A stretch of DNA of 56,569 bases. It comes from Synechococcus sp. GTDB taxonomy: Bacteria; Cyanobacteriota; Cyanobacteriia; PCC-6307; Cyanobiaceae. The translations under genes were made by a program, and so were the position numbers. The stretch lies in contig JAAXIH010000103.1 of assembly GCA_012270465.1 (NCBI GenBank), positions 1 to 56,569 on the forward strand. The letters run 5' to 3'. Below, in pieces: positions 11,198-20,731 of this stretch (its first letter is position 1; the number at the start of each line of letters is the position of its first letter). Under the pieces are notes generated by a model. That model saw only the letters and a program-made list of their open reading frames with translations. It was not told the DNA's origin and ran no database searches.

Positions 11198-11752
11198 TCA
11201 GGGCTGCCACTTGATGTTGCAGCCCATGGCTGGATGCTGCTGCAGCAACGGCGGCTGTCCAGCCTTCCAGGCCGCCAAAGCGGTCCGCAGATCCGCACAA
11301 TCGCTGGGCTGGTCCGAACTGGGGCGGCTGGAGTCCAGCTGCCCGCGATAAATCAAGCGCTGGTCGCCATCAAACAGATAGGGATCAGGCGTGCAGGCGG
11401 CTTGGAACAACCGGGCCACCTGCTGATCCACATCGTGCAAGTAGGGGAAATCCCAGCCGCAGCGCTGCTTTTGAGCCAGCAAGTGCTCCGGAGCATCCTG
11501 CGGATGGGTGATCACGCTGTTGCTGCTGATGGCCAGCACCTGCAACTCGGCGCTGAAGTCATCAGCCAAGGCGCTGAGGCTGGGCTCCACGTGTTTGACG
11601 TAGGGGCAGTGGGCGCAAATGAACAGCACCAGCAGCGGCCGGCGATCGAGCTGCTGCGTTGACCAGGTGCCTCCCTCCACGGTGGGAAGCGTGAACGACG
11701 GCAATGGCGTTCCCAGCGGCAGCATCGTCGAAGCGGTGAGTGCCACAAGCAA
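11198..11752 (-). CDS. Thioredoxin-fold / AhpC-TSA family protein
   Basis: FICAHCPYV, ACTPD and GCNIKW motifs. Confidence 0.88.
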   Translation of the reverse strand: MLVALTASTMLPLGTPLPSFTLPTVEGGTWSTQQLDRRPLLVLFICAHCPYVKHVEPSLSALADDFSAELQVLAISSNSVITHPQDAPEHLLAQKQRCGWDFPYLHDVDQQVARLFQAACTPDPYLFDGDQRLIYRGQLDSSRPSSDQPSDCADLRTALAAWKAGQPPLLQQHPAMGCNIKWQP

Positions 11753-11807
11753 AATCGCCAGATCTCGGCAAGCTAGAGGAACCCTCCAGCCGCTTGGTTA
11801 CTCCCGC

Positions 11808-12341
11808 ATGGTTCCCCTGCGGCTGCTCCGCCCCCTCACCACCGCTGGCCTGACCCTGGCGCTGGTGAGCTGCCAAACCAACATCAGCCAAGGGATGAAG
11901 GTGTATCCCCTCAGCCGCACGCAGCCCCATGACGGGCTGGCGGTTGTGAACCAACCCGATGGCTATGGGGTGCACATCTGGCTCGATACCGACACCCGCC
12001 AAGCCGGGGTCTGCCAGCCGCTCTGGAATGCCGACCCGGCGCGCCTGTTCAACGGCAATGGCAGCGCCCCCTTCAGCTCAGGACTGGCCAGCCGCGAAGA
12101 ATTCTTTGAGGTGGTGCGCAACGGCGAGGTGGCGCGCCAACTGCGCCGCGAAACAGAAGCCCTCTGCAAAACGCGGGCTCCCAAAGCCAACTTCCAGTGG
12201 CGCGAGCCGCCCAAACAAGCCGATCAAGTGGTGATCGAAGAGCTCCCAGCGCTCGGGGCCAGAGATCTCTGGCCAGACCCCAGCCAGCTGCGCAGCGATG
12301 AACAGCAGATGCTGCAAAACGCCCCGCCAGCTACCCCCTGA
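11808..12341 (+). CDS. Hypothetical protein, probable lipoprotein
   Basis: Signal peptide ending in lipobox LVSC; LWNADPARLFNGNG segment. Confidence 0.65.
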   Translation: MVPLRLLRPLTTAGLTLALVSCQTNISQGMKVYPLSRTQPHDGLAVVNQPDGYGVHIWLDTDTRQAGVCQPLWNADPARLFNGNGSAPFSSGLASREEFFEVVRNGEVARQLRRETEALCKTRAPKANFQWREPPKQADQVVIEELPALGARDLWPDPSQLRSDEQQMLQNAPPATP

Positions 12342-12765
12342 AGCCCTCCCAAACCAGAGGCTCGGCCTCACGCCAGTAGCGGCTAAAGCGGCCCAGCCGC
12401 GGCGGGCGAGGCAGCTCCACAAACGGATCCCCATCGAGGATCCACAGCGGCAGTTCGCGATTAATCCGGGTGGCGTAGCGGTTCAAGCGCGGGTCCACAG
12501 GGCCGCTGGTGACCACGCCATCGGCCCCATGGCGCTTGGCAAACGCCAACACCTCCTGCACCACATCCCCTTTGCGCAAGGTCAGTGGCAGCTCGAGCGC
12601 GCATTCATAGAGAAAGCCAAGGCGTTTGCGGCTGATGTTCTGGGCCTCAATCCAGGCCTGATCAAACACAAACAGGGCCGGGGCTTTGGGGTGGTCTTGC
12701 AGGGCGGGGTTGGCCGGGCCAAGGGCCTCCTCGTGAACCCAAACCACCGGATTGGTGAGATCCAT
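12331..12765 (-). CDS. Photolyase N-terminal alpha/beta-like stand-alone protein
   Basis: VVWVHEEAL, ALFVFD, KRLGFLYE and RFSRYW resemble the photolyase antenna domain; TGATG-coupled to the upstream gene. Confidence 0.7.
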   Translation of the reverse strand: MDLTNPVVWVHEEALGPANPALQDHPKAPALFVFDQAWIEAQNISRKRLGFLYECALELPLTLRKGDVVQEVLAFAKRHGADGVVTSGPVDPRLNRYATRINRELPLWILDGDPFVELPRPPRLGRFSRYWREAEPLVWEGFRG

Positions 12766-13673
12766 CAGCGTTTCCTCTTGCTTTTGCCCTTGCTGCGGGC
12801 GGGCACCGCTCGCACCGGTTGGCTCACGGCGAACAACTGCGATTCGAGTGCGTCGTAGCTGCCCTCTAGGGGGCAGCGGTCGGCACAACTGCAGCTGCGG
12901 CAATAGCGGCCATTGCTGTAGCGCTCGAGGTTGTCGCGGTTGAAGAAGTAGGGCTTGTGGCTGAAACAGCTGGCCACCCACTGCCAACTCAAGTGGTTGC
13001 TGGCGGGATCACCATCGAGCAAATGCTCGAGGAACCAATCCGCCCCGGCCCGCCAATGCACCCGGCGCCAGTGCACCACGTAGGCGGCCAGCCACATGCG
13101 GGCGTGGTTGTGCAGCCAACCGGTCGTAACCAACTGCTCGCGAAAGCCATCCATGCAGGCCAGCCCGGTGCAGCCATCGCGCACGTCCTGCGGCAATGCG
13201 TTGCTGTAGCTCGAGGCCGGATGGCCGGTTTTGTACTCCTCTTGGTCCTCAGCGATGGCATCGCCGAGCTCGAGCCACATGCGCTGCCAAAAATCGCGCC
13301 AGCCCAATTCATTGATGAGCTTGCCGCCCTCATCGCGGTGACGAATCCGCCGAAACACGGCATCCCGCACCTCCGCCAAGCTCAACACCCCATGGCGGAT
13401 GTAGGGCGATAAACCGGTGACCAACCCATCCAGGTGGTTGCGGCTGCGGGCATAGCGGGCCGGGTCCACCTTGCTCAGCCGCATCTCCGCGGCTTTGCGG
13501 CCACCGCGAATCGGGCTGAGCTCGCCTGGAGCCCCAGGAAATTCCTGCTGCAGCAGGCTGTTGAGCGCCTCCCGACTGGGCAATTGGCGCGGCAGATCAC
13601 CAGGATCCGGAGGAGAAGGAGCGGCGGGCACCGGAGCGAGCTGGTCGACTGAACGCCGATCTTGGCGGGGCAT
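12765..13673 (-). CDS. Short photolyase-like protein (FAD-binding domain only)
   Basis: TGLSPYIRHG, ELGWRDF, GWLHNHARM and LLDGDPASNHLSWQW; C-terminal Cys cluster. Confidence 0.88.
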   Translation of the reverse strand: MPRQDRRSVDQLAPVPAAPSPPDPGDLPRQLPSREALNSLLQQEFPGAPGELSPIRGGRKAAEMRLSKVDPARYARSRNHLDGLVTGLSPYIRHGVLSLAEVRDAVFRRIRHRDEGGKLINELGWRDFWQRMWLELGDAIAEDQEEYKTGHPASSYSNALPQDVRDGCTGLACMDGFREQLVTTGWLHNHARMWLAAYVVHWRRVHWRAGADWFLEHLLDGDPASNHLSWQWVASCFSHKPYFFNRDNLERYSNGRYCRSCSCADRCPLEGSYDALESQLFAVSQPVRAVPARSKGKSKRKR

Positions 13674-13713
13674 GGGGGAGAATCGCGCGATTCCGCCCTG
13701 CAGGACCGCCCCG

Positions 13714-14496
13714 ATGCTGCTCGATCTCACCGGCAAGAAGATCCTCGTTACCGGCATCGCCAATAACCGCTCCATCGCCTGGGGCATTGCCCAACAGCTC
13801 AAGGCCGCTGGCGCTGAGCTGGGCATCACCTATCTCCCCGATGACAAGGGCCGCTTTGAGGCCAAGGTGCGTGAACTCACCGAACCCCTCGAGCCCAGCC
13901 TGTTTCTGCCGCTCAACGTGCAGGACCCCGCCCAGATGGAGGCGGTGTTCAACGAGATCAAAGAGAAGTGGGGCGTGCTCGATGGCCTGGTGCACTGCCT
14001 CGCCTTTGCTGGCAAAGAGGAATTGATCGGCGATTACAGCGCCACCACCGCCGCCGGCTTTGCCAGGGCCCTGGAGATCAGCGCCTATTCCCTCGCACCG
14101 CTGTGCGCCTACGCCAAGCCGCTGTTCAGCGAGAAGGCCGGCGTGATCACGCTCTCCTACCTGGGCGCTGAACGGGCCATCCCCAACTACAACGTCATGG
14201 GCGTGGCCAAGGCCGCCCTGGAAGCCTCCGTCCGCTACTTGGCCGCTGAACTGGGCCCTGAGAAGCAGGTGCGCGTCAACGCCATTAGCGCCGGCCCGAT
14301 CCGCACCCTGGCGAGCTCCGCCATCGGCGGCATCCTCGACATGATCCACAACGTGGAAGAGAAGGCTCCGCTGCGCCGCACCGTGACCCAGATGGAAGTG
14401 GGTGGCACCGCCGCCTTCCTGCTGAGCGATCTGGCCAGCGGCATCTCCGGCCAAACCATCTATGTGGATGCCGGCTACTGCGTCAACGGCATGTGA
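13714..14496 (+). CDS. fabI: Enoyl-[ACP] reductase FabI
   Basis: GIANNRSIAWGIA, YNVMGVAKAALE and NAISAGPIRTLA motifs. Confidence 0.97.
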   Translation: MLLDLTGKKILVTGIANNRSIAWGIAQQLKAAGAELGITYLPDDKGRFEAKVRELTEPLEPSLFLPLNVQDPAQMEAVFNEIKEKWGVLDGLVHCLAFAGKEELIGDYSATTAAGFARALEISAYSLAPLCAYAKPLFSEKAGVITLSYLGAERAIPNYNVMGVAKAALEASVRYLAAELGPEKQVRVNAISAGPIRTLASSAIGGILDMIHNVEEKAPLRRTVTQMEVGGTAAFLLSDLASGISGQTIYVDAGYCVNGM

Positions 14497-14547
14497 GCCT
14501 GGACCGATCGCCCAGGCCTGTCAGCATGGGGTGAATGGCGATCGGAC

Positions 14548-15159
14548 ATGGGCCGGCAAGGAAACATCCATCGCGTCACCGGGGAAACCGAGGTCCGCGT
14601 GGCCATCGGCCTCGATGGCAGTGGCCAATGCGAGGTGAGCACCGGTGTGCCCTTCCTCGATCACATGCTCCATCAGCTGGCTAGCCATGGGCTGTTTGAT
14701 CTGACGATCAGCGCCACTGGTGACACCCATATCGACGACCACCACACCAATGAGGATGTGGGCATCGCCTTGGGCCAAGCGCTCGGTCAAGCCCTCGCCG
14801 ATCGCCGCGGCATCCACCGCTTTGGCCACTTTGTGGCGCCCCTCGATGAAGCCCTCGTGCAGGTGGCGCTCGACTGCTCCGGGCGGCCCCACGTGAGTTA
14901 TTCCCTGGCGATCCCAGCGCAAAAAATTGGCAGCTACGACACCGAGCTGGTCAAAGAGTTCTTTGTGGCCGTTGCCAACAACGCCGGGCTGACCCTGCAC
15001 ATCCGCCAGCTCGATGGGGTGAATTCCCACCACATCGTGGAGGCCTGCTTCAAGGCCTTCGCCCGCGCCCTGCGCATGGCCACCGAAATCGATCCGCGCC
15101 GGGCCAGCGCGATCCCCAGCAGCAAAGGAGTGCTTGAGCAGGCCGGCACCACAGGTTGA
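14548..15159 (+). CDS. hisB: Imidazoleglycerol-phosphate dehydratase
   Basis: DDHHTNED and [11 protein letters not shown] motifs. Confidence 0.97.
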   Translation: MGRQGNIHRVTGETEVRVAIGLDGSGQCEVSTGVPFLDHMLHQLASHGLFDLTISATGDTHIDDHHTNEDVGIALGQALGQALADRRGIHRFGHFVAPLDEALVQVALDCSGRPHVSYSLAIPAQKIGSYDTELVKEFFVAVANNAGLTLHIRQLDGVNSHHIVEACFKAFARALRMATEIDPRRASAIPSSKGVLEQAGTTG

Positions 15160-15162
15160 GGC

Positions 15163-15483
15163 GTGCGCTGGTTCATCAAGCGTGAAACCTTTCGGCGGCC
15201 AGCCGCTGAGCTGAAGCAGGCGATCGCAGCCCATCGCCAGTGGGTGGCCAGCTGCCGCGAGCAGGGCGTGGTGATCAGCAGCGGCTTTTTGGTCGATGGC
15301 GAAGGGAAGCCCGGCGGTGGGGGCTTGCTGCTGCTGCAAGCCAGCGACTACGCCGCCGCCCTGGCCTTGATCCAGCAGGACCCGATGCTGCTCAGCGGCG
15401 GGGTGGAGTGGGAGCTGCAGGAATGGATCAGCAGCGTGGGGGACTTGGCCACCGACGCACCTTCACAGTCCTTCACGAGATGA
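15163..15483 (+). CDS. YciI family protein
   Basis: H..W, GGGGLLL and DPM motifs; 106 aa. Confidence 0.75.
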   Translation: MRWFIKRETFRRPAAELKQAIAAHRQWVASCREQGVVISSGFLVDGEGKPGGGGLLLLQASDYAAALALIQQDPMLLSGGVEWELQEWISSVGDLATDAPSQSFTR

Positions 15484-15505
15484 TGGGGGCCACCGCCGGC
15501 CTCCC

Positions 15506-16966
15506 ATGACCGCTGCCCCTGCAGCACCGAGCTACACCCGCAGCGACTGGTCCAGCGCATTTCGCAATGTGGGGCAGGAGCTCAGCGATGTGGTGCTGGA
15601 GCCCTCGCGCGGCCAGATCCCCGATGAGCTGGCTGGGGTGCTCTACCGCAATGGCCCTGGCCGCCTGGAGCGCGGCGGCCAATGGCTGCATCACCCCTTT
15701 GATGGCGACGGCATGATCACCGCGCTGCAACTGGCCGGTGGCCAGCTGCAGCTCAGCAATCGCTTTGTGCGCACCGAGGGCTGGCTAGCTGAAGAAGCCG
15801 CCGGCAAGGTGCTCTACCGCGGCGTGTTTGGCAGCCAAAAGCCCGGCGGGGTGATGGCCAATGCGTTTGATCTGCGCCTGAAAAACATCGCCAACACCGG
15901 TGTGGTGCGCCTGGGCGATGACCTGTTGGCCCTCTGGGAAGCCGCCGAACCCCATGCCCTTGATCCAGACAGCCTCGAGACCCGCGGCCTAAGCCGGCTC
16001 AACGGGGTGCTGAAACCCGGTGAAGCCTTCAGTGCCCACCCCCGTTTTGATCCCGGCCACCACGGCGACCCGCGCATGGTGACCTTTGGGGTCAAAACCG
16101 GGCCGCGCAGCACGGTGCGGCTGATGGAATTCGCCGCCGACGGCAGCCTGCTGCATGACCGCCGCGACAGCTTCAACGGCTTTGCCTTTTTGCATGACTT
16201 CGCCATCACGCCCAACTGGGCGGTGTTCTGGCAAAACGCGATCAACTTCAACCCGCTGCCCTTTGTCCTGGGGCAAAAGGGTGCCGCCCAGTGCCTGGAA
16301 TCCAACCCCAAAGGGCAGGCCAAGTTCTGGTTGATCCCCCGCGATAGCGGTGCCTTCGCGGGCCAAAGCGCCAAGGTGATCGACGCACCGGAGGGCTTTG
16401 TCTTCCATCACCTCAACGCCTGGGAAGAGGGCGATGCGGTGGTGCTCGAGAGCATCGTCTACGACGATTTCCCCTCGATTGGCCCGGGCGTCGACTTCCG
16501 CGAGGTCGACTTTGAGCAGATCCCCGAAGGCCTGCTGGAGCGTTGCCGCATCGACACCAAAACAGCAACAGCCCAGCGGGAACGGCTCAGCGAGCGCTGC
16601 TGCGAATTTGCGATGGTGAATCCCAACCGGGTGGGCCTCAAGGCCCGCTACAGCTGGATGGCGGTAGCCGAGCGGGAGCAGGGCAATGATCCGCTGCAAG
16701 CCATTCGCAAGCTGGATTTGAACAGCGGCGAGAGCCGGGTGTGGAGCGCCGCTCCGCGGGGCTTTGTCAGCGAGCCGGTGATGGTGGCCAAACCTGGCGC
16801 CTCAGCAGAAGACGATGGCTGGGTGCTGTGCCTGGTTTGGAACGGGGCGCGCTGCGCCAGCGATCTGGTGATCCTTGATGCCAGCACCCTGAACGAGCAG
16901 GCCGTCTTTGAGCTGCCCCTGGCGATTCCCCACGGCCTGCACGGCAGCTGGGTGCAGGCCAGCTGA
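15506..16966 (+). CDS. Carotenoid oxygenase (apocarotenoid cleavage dioxygenase family)
   Basis: RNGPG, HPFDGDG, FLHDF, FHHLNA, SEPV and HGLHG (four Fe-ligating His). Confidence 0.92.
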   Translation: MTAAPAAPSYTRSDWSSAFRNVGQELSDVVLEPSRGQIPDELAGVLYRNGPGRLERGGQWLHHPFDGDGMITALQLAGGQLQLSNRFVRTEGWLAEEAAGKVLYRGVFGSQKPGGVMANAFDLRLKNIANTGVVRLGDDLLALWEAAEPHALDPDSLETRGLSRLNGVLKPGEAFSAHPRFDPGHHGDPRMVTFGVKTGPRSTVRLMEFAADGSLLHDRRDSFNGFAFLHDFAITPNWAVFWQNAINFNPLPFVLGQKGAAQCLESNPKGQAKFWLIPRDSGAFAGQSAKVIDAPEGFVFHHLNAWEEGDAVVLESIVYDDFPSIGPGVDFREVDFEQIPEGLLERCRIDTKTATAQRERLSERCCEFAMVNPNRVGLKARYSWMAVAEREQGNDPLQAIRKLDLNSGESRVWSAAPRGFVSEPVMVAKPGASAEDDGWVLCLVWNGARCASDLVILDASTLNEQAVFELPLAIPHGLHGSWVQAS

Positions 16967-18508
16967 TCAGCCCTGCTGCCGCTGCCATTCGCGCCAGGCC
17001 AAGCGCGGGGCAGTCCACAGCGTGGTGAGCACCAGCGGGGTTACAGGAACCGCCGCAATCACGATGAAGGCCTGCAGCGCATTGATGCTGGTGCTGTCGC
17101 CCAGGCTGGTGCCAATGCGCAGCAACACCAAGGTGAGGCTGCCGATCATCAGCGCCCAGAACAAGCGCAACACAGCAGGCGGCTGACTCTGGCCGCTGAC
17201 CACCATCGCGGCGGCATAACTCATCGAATCGGCGCTGGTGGCCATGAACAGCACCACCAGCAGCAGCCCCACCGGAATCAGCAGCCAGGCCAGGGGCAAC
17301 TGGGTGAGGATCGCCAGCAACGCTGCGGCAGCACCGCTCTCAGCCAAGGGACCGGTCACCGAGCCTTGATTGGCCAGCTCCAAATAGAGGCCGCTCCCCC
17401 CCAACAGGGTGAACCAAATGTTGGTGACCAGCGGGCACAAAATCGCCACCGCCAGCACCAGCTCGCGCACACTGCGCCCGCGGCTGACCCCAGCGGTGAA
17501 CAGGCCCATCAGCGGGGCATAGCCCAAAAACCAACCCCAATAGAAAACGGTCCAACCATTGACCCAATTGCCGCTGCCGGCATTGGAGGCCAGCGCCATC
17601 TGGGGCAAACGGCTGAGGTACAGGCCAAAGGAACTGATGAAGTGCTGAGCCAGCCACAACCCAGGTCCGAGCACCAGCAGGGCCGCCCCCAAACCGAGCG
17701 TGAGCCAAACGTTGAGCTCCGAGAGCCATTTGATGCCCTTTTGGATGCCGCTCACCGTTGAGGTGGCAAACACAGCGGTGAGCAGCACCACCACCAGCGA
17801 CTGCAAGCCAGCGCTATCGGCCAAACCAGGCAACTGCCCCGCAGCATTGCTGAGCTGCAGCGACAGGAACCCCAAGGGGCCCACCGTGCCTGCAATGGCG
17901 GCCACCACCGAGAGGCCGTCGCAGAGATGGCCAAGGATCCCGTCGACCCAGCGGCGCGGCACCAAAGGCACCAGCAAACTGCGGGGCCGCAGGGGTTCAC
18001 CGCGGCGCTCCAGCACCGAAAAGGTGATCGTGACCGTGGTGGCCACCAGCGCCCAGGCCAAAAAGCCCCAGTGCAAAAAGCTCACCGCCAAAGCTGGATC
18101 AACGGCGGCTTCGGTGCTGCCGCTCACCCCGTCGAAATAGGGAGCCGGCGACTGGAAATGAAACAGCGGTTCAGCGGCCGACCAAAACACGCCGCCACCT
18201 GCCAGCAGCGTGCAGATCAGCACGGCGCACCAATCGAACAATTTGAGGCTTGGCTTGGCCTCGGCTCCGCCGAGCTTGAGCCGCCCCACCGGGCTGATGG
18301 CCAGAGCCGCTGCAATCAGGAACAGCAGCGCCACCATCCATTGCCAGGTGCTGCCGAGCCAATCGCTGACGATGGCCTTGCCGCCTTCGGTGAAGGCCGT
18401 GGCCACCTTGAGATCCACCGCGGCCATCACCAGAAACACCAGCAGGGGGCCGGCGCCCACCCACAGCGGCGGCTGCTTCAGCCAGTGACGATCAGATTCG
18501 GACGGCAT
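16967..18508 (-). CDS. BCCT family transporter (betaine/carnitine/choline type)
   Basis: AEP..H, HWGFLAWA, WTVFYWGWF..SRGRSVRE and TSADS motifs; multiple TM helices. Confidence 0.92.
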   Translation of the reverse strand: MPSESDRHWLKQPPLWVGAGPLLVFLVMAAVDLKVATAFTEGGKAIVSDWLGSTWQWMVALLFLIAAALAISPVGRLKLGGAEAKPSLKLFDWCAVLICTLLAGGGVFWSAAEPLFHFQSPAPYFDGVSGSTEAAVDPALAVSFLHWGFLAWALVATTVTITFSVLERRGEPLRPRSLLVPLVPRRWVDGILGHLCDGLSVVAAIAGTVGPLGFLSLQLSNAAGQLPGLADSAGLQSLVVVLLTAVFATSTVSGIQKGIKWLSELNVWLTLGLGAALLVLGPGLWLAQHFISSFGLYLSRLPQMALASNAGSGNWVNGWTVFYWGWFLGYAPLMGLFTAGVSRGRSVRELVLAVAILCPLVTNIWFTLLGGSGLYLELANQGSVTGPLAESGAAAALLAILTQLPLAWLLIPVGLLLVVLFMATSADSMSYAAAMVVSGQSQPPAVLRLFWALMIGSLTLVLLRIGTSLGDSTSINALQAFIVIAAVPVTPLVLTTLWTAPRLAWREWQRQQG

Positions 18509-19679
18509 CACGCTCTCGGCTCCAGCAGGACAGATCAACGGTGGGGACTAGGCCCATGGCCAGACGGGCCAGGGAGGTGCCAATCAGGGGAGCGAACTTG
18601 AACGCCTGACCGGATCCGCCACTGAACAAACTCAGCCGCGGCCCCAAACGATCAAGGACGAAGTTCACATCCGACGCCATCGAATAGGGGCTGATGACCG
18701 TTTCAACGCGCTCCTGCACACCGCTGAGGTTGTTGAACAGGAAGTCGTCGAGCAGCTGCACCAACCGCTCCGGCGGGTCCTTGCGCATGGCATTGGGTTC
18801 GGCGACCCGCAGCTCTTCGGGGGCCCAATCGATGCCGGCCTTGATCTTGGGGCGGCCGTCCTCAGTGCGGCTCAATGCTGGGAAGCCGTAATACAGGCCT
18901 CCGTCATCCCCTTGGGCCTGCTGGAAGCAGAACCACTGGGGATAGCGATCGGCCAGGGCAGGATCCACGGTGTAGTGGGCCCACAACATGGGCCACACCT
19001 CCAGCTTGGGAGCCAAGCCATGGGGAGCGAGCAGCAGCTGGCTCCAAATGCCGCAGGCCACCACCACCTGATCAGCCTCGATCTGCTCACCGCTCTGCAG
19101 GCTGACCCGCCCTGAGCTGGGATCCACCGCTTGAACGGGGCAGTGCTCAATCAGCTGGTGTCCAGCGGCGCGCGCTGTGCGCGTCCAGTGGGCAATCACC
19201 CGATCACTGCGAACGGCCCCGGCCGTGGGCTCAAACAAACCGCTGAAATCAGCCCTGGGCTTGAGCGGGAAGCGCTCCGCAATCTGCTGAGAGGTGAGGG
19301 CTTCATAGGGAATGCCCTGGTCATCCATCACCCGGCGAGCACCCGGAATGGAGCCCTCAATCGTCTCCTCATCCCAGCTTTCGCCGTAGAAAAGCAGGCC
19401 ATGGGTTTGGCGCAGGATCTCACCTGAGCGCTGCTCCTCCTCGCGCCAAAGGCGATTGGCCTCTTGGGCGAGCCGGCAGAGCACCGGATCGGAATACATC
19501 TCCCGGAACATGCGGGATTCGCCGTAGCTGCTGGCCCCGGCGTGAGCCAGGGTTTTGGCCTCCAGCAGCACCACATCGCTGACACCCTGCTGGGCCAGCG
19601 ATGAGGCGCAGCTCAGGCCAGCCATGCCGCCGCCAACGATCACCACCGCAGCGCGGCTGGGAAGGGATTGGGTGCTCAT
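18492..19679 (-). CDS. FAD-dependent oxidoreductase, monomeric sarcosine/pipecolate oxidase-like
   Basis: GGGMAG Rossmann motif, SSYGESRMFREMY, YYGFP and SGQAFKFAP. Confidence 0.85.
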   Translation of the reverse strand: MSTQSLPSRAAVVIVGGGMAGLSCASSLAQQGVSDVVLLEAKTLAHAGASSYGESRMFREMYSDPVLCRLAQEANRLWREEEQRSGEILRQTHGLLFYGESWDEETIEGSIPGARRVMDDQGIPYEALTSQQIAERFPLKPRADFSGLFEPTAGAVRSDRVIAHWTRTARAAGHQLIEHCPVQAVDPSSGRVSLQSGEQIEADQVVVACGIWSQLLLAPHGLAPKLEVWPMLWAHYTVDPALADRYPQWFCFQQAQGDDGGLYYGFPALSRTEDGRPKIKAGIDWAPEELRVAEPNAMRKDPPERLVQLLDDFLFNNLSGVQERVETVISPYSMASDVNFVLDRLGPRLSLFSGGSGQAFKFAPLIGTSLARLAMGLVPTVDLSCWSRERDAVRI

Positions 19680-20731
19680 GTGGGCAACACAAAACTGAGG
19701 CCAATGGGGTCCTGGCTACGACCAGCAGCCACATGCATCAGAGCCTCACCAACGCTGAGGCCGCGATCCCGTTGGGCCAGGAAATCGCTGGCGCGCTGGC
19801 GAACGGCCTGACGCACAAAGCCGTACACCTGCTCCGGGCTGGCCTGTTTCCAGGCCTCTGGAGCAAAGCGCTCGATCGAATCAGCAATCACCGCTCCGGC
19901 ATTGACCAAGGGATCGGGCAACACCCGCACGCCCCGCTGCCGCATCTGATCAGCCAGGGCCGGGTCGGCAAAGGGGGCATTGGCGGCGGGAACCACCGAC
20001 TTCACCTGCAGGGCAGCACTGATCTCAGCGCTGAGCAGACCAGAAATCGAGCAAGGCAGCAGCAAGTCGAGCTCCTCGGTCCACCACGGCGACGCTGGAT
20101 CCAAGGGCGTCGCCCCCTTGATCTGGGCCCGAGCCGGGTCCATGTCCACCGTGAAGACCTGCCAGCCGCTAGCGATGAGGGCCTGGGCCACCGGTCCGCC
20201 CACGGCGCCGCAACCATGCACCAAGGCCCGACCCGCGGGCGCCTGATCCAAGCTGGCCTGCAGCACGGCTTCCACCGCGCCGATCGTGCCGAACGCCGTG
20301 GCGCTGCTGGCATCCACCGGGCTGCCCACAGCAGCCAACACATGGGGCGTCAGAGCGGTCAGCCGCTCCATGTCCTCAAGGCTGGTGTTGAGATCGCAGC
20401 CGGTGATCATGGCCCCGCCGAGCGACTCGAGCAGCTCAGCGGTGACATTGATCAGCTCATCTTTCACCGCTGCGGGATTGGCAGCGCGAGCCACCACCTT
20501 GCCGCCGGCAAAACCGGTGCCATACAAGGAATGCTTGTTGGTCATCAAGCTGGCCAGGCGGTGGCCATCGGCTTTGCAGGTGGCGTCGCTGTCGTAGGAG
20601 AGCAGCCGCAGCCCGCCATTGGCCGGCCGCTCAGCATCGGTGTTCTCGGCCACCACGAAAACCGAGAGGTGATCAGAGATGTGCTCCGCCAGCACGCGCA
20701 CCTGTGGACTGCTGGAATCGGCACTCCTCAT
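19676..20731 (-). CDS. Glu/Leu/Phe/Val dehydrogenase family protein (LeuDH-like)
   Basis: GGLR, MTNK..GGK, GCGAVG, AANAP and PDPLVNAGAVI; start placed at ATG 20731. Confidence 0.85.
   Translation of the reverse strand: MRSADSSSPQVRVLAEHISDHLSVFVVAENTDAERPANGGLRLLSYDSDATCKADGHRLASLMTNKHSLYGTGFAGGKVVARAANPAAVKDELINVTAELLESLGGAMITGCDLNTSLEDMERLTALTPHVLAAVGSPVDASSATAFGTIGAVEAVLQASLDQAPAGRALVHGCGAVGGPVAQALIASGWQVFTVDMDPARAQIKGATPLDPASPWWTEELDLLLPCSISGLLSAEISAALQVKSVVPAANAPFADPALADQMRQRGVRVLPDPLVNAGAVIADSIERFAPEAWKQASPEQVYGFVRQAVRQRASDFLAQRDRGLSVGEALMHVAAGRSQDPIGLSFVLPT

Noticed and set aside
12331-13673. Photolyase pair as a frameshifted pseudogene
   Set aside because: Domain order is reversed relative to the fused enzyme, both ORFs are intact, and they are joined by a TGATG coupling.
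2300-15230. Scattered GCGATCGC (HIP1) octamers
   Set aside because: Only a few noticed by eye, which is compatible with chance at this GC content; enrichment was not computed.
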